Program-made: the position numbers and the translations under genes
The notes under the pieces: model-generated
Databases searched by the model: none
Told to the model about the DNA's origin: nothing
Seen by the model: only the letters and a program-made list of their open reading frames with translations
NCBI GenBank assembly: GCA_044345055.1
Contig: JBIJBT010000066.1
Location: forward strand, 1 to 15,667
Direction: 5' to 3'
Source of the DNA: Bdellovibrionota bacterium
GTDB taxonomy: Bacteria > Bdellovibrionota_C > UBA2361 > OMIW01
DNA: 15,667 bases
Shown here: positions 15,451 to 15,667 of the stretch, piece after piece
Layout of the letters: each line of letters opens with the position of its first letter
Numbering within the stretch: the stretch's first letter is position 1

Positions 15451-15481
15451 AAAAAAGCTGATCTTCTTTTCAGCCTTTTTT
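15451..15481 (-). terminator. Possible intrinsic terminator (could act in both directions)
   Basis: The minus strand reads AAAAAAGGCTGA-AAAGAAGA-TCAGCTTTTTT: a GCTGA/TCAGC stem with an 8-nt loop, flanked by A6 and T6 tracts. Confidence 0.4.
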
Positions 15482-15667
15482 ACCACCCCCAATATACTTC
15501 TCCTAAACAGACTAGTATACCTCCCACGGACGCAGGATGTGTAATGTACATAGAAGGATGAAGCTCACGCACAAATTACTATCACCCGCGAACAAAAGAG
15601 TTATGTTGTGTAATTAGGCGTTACTTGAACCCCCAGAAAGCACCGCCCTCGCCCTCTGTAAAGCATC

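Noticed and set aside
11847..15667. Prophage or mobile element suggested by the lysozyme-like gene
   Set aside because: No integrase, transposase, holin, structural genes, tRNA or att-like repeats are visible in the window.
15601..15667. Possible 3' end of a minus-strand gene entering from the right edge
   Set aside because: All three minus frames are open for only 14-21 codons before a stop; the frame and product cannot be assigned.

Overview
Bacterial chromosomal window; the gene repertoire suggests a deltaproteobacteria-like lineage (Bdellovibrionota/Myxococcota-type), which is inference only. Left, minus strand: a SAM-dependent methyltransferase followed by sco-coxB-coxA, the start of an A2-type heme-copper cytochrome c oxidase operon whose subunit II carries two tandem cytochrome c domains; coxA runs off the window edge and is missing from the ORF track. 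Middle, plus strand: after a 359-bp divergent intergenic region with a ~155-nt strongly self-complementary element come a GatB/YqeY protein, an SRPBCC-TIGR01777 fusion and a double-length UvrA with four ABC ATPase sites. Right, minus strand, convergent on uvrA: an AAA-type ATPase/PD-(D/E)XK nuclease and an orphan-looking ~509-aa protein with a C-terminal lambda-lysozyme-like muramidase domain, then ~640 bp of mostly non-coding DNA. No tRNA, rRNA, CRISPR array, transposase or integrase was seen. Best leads: the candidate structured RNA at 4310-4465 and the nuclease-ATPase plus muramidase gene pair; neither can be shown to be a new system from sequence alone.
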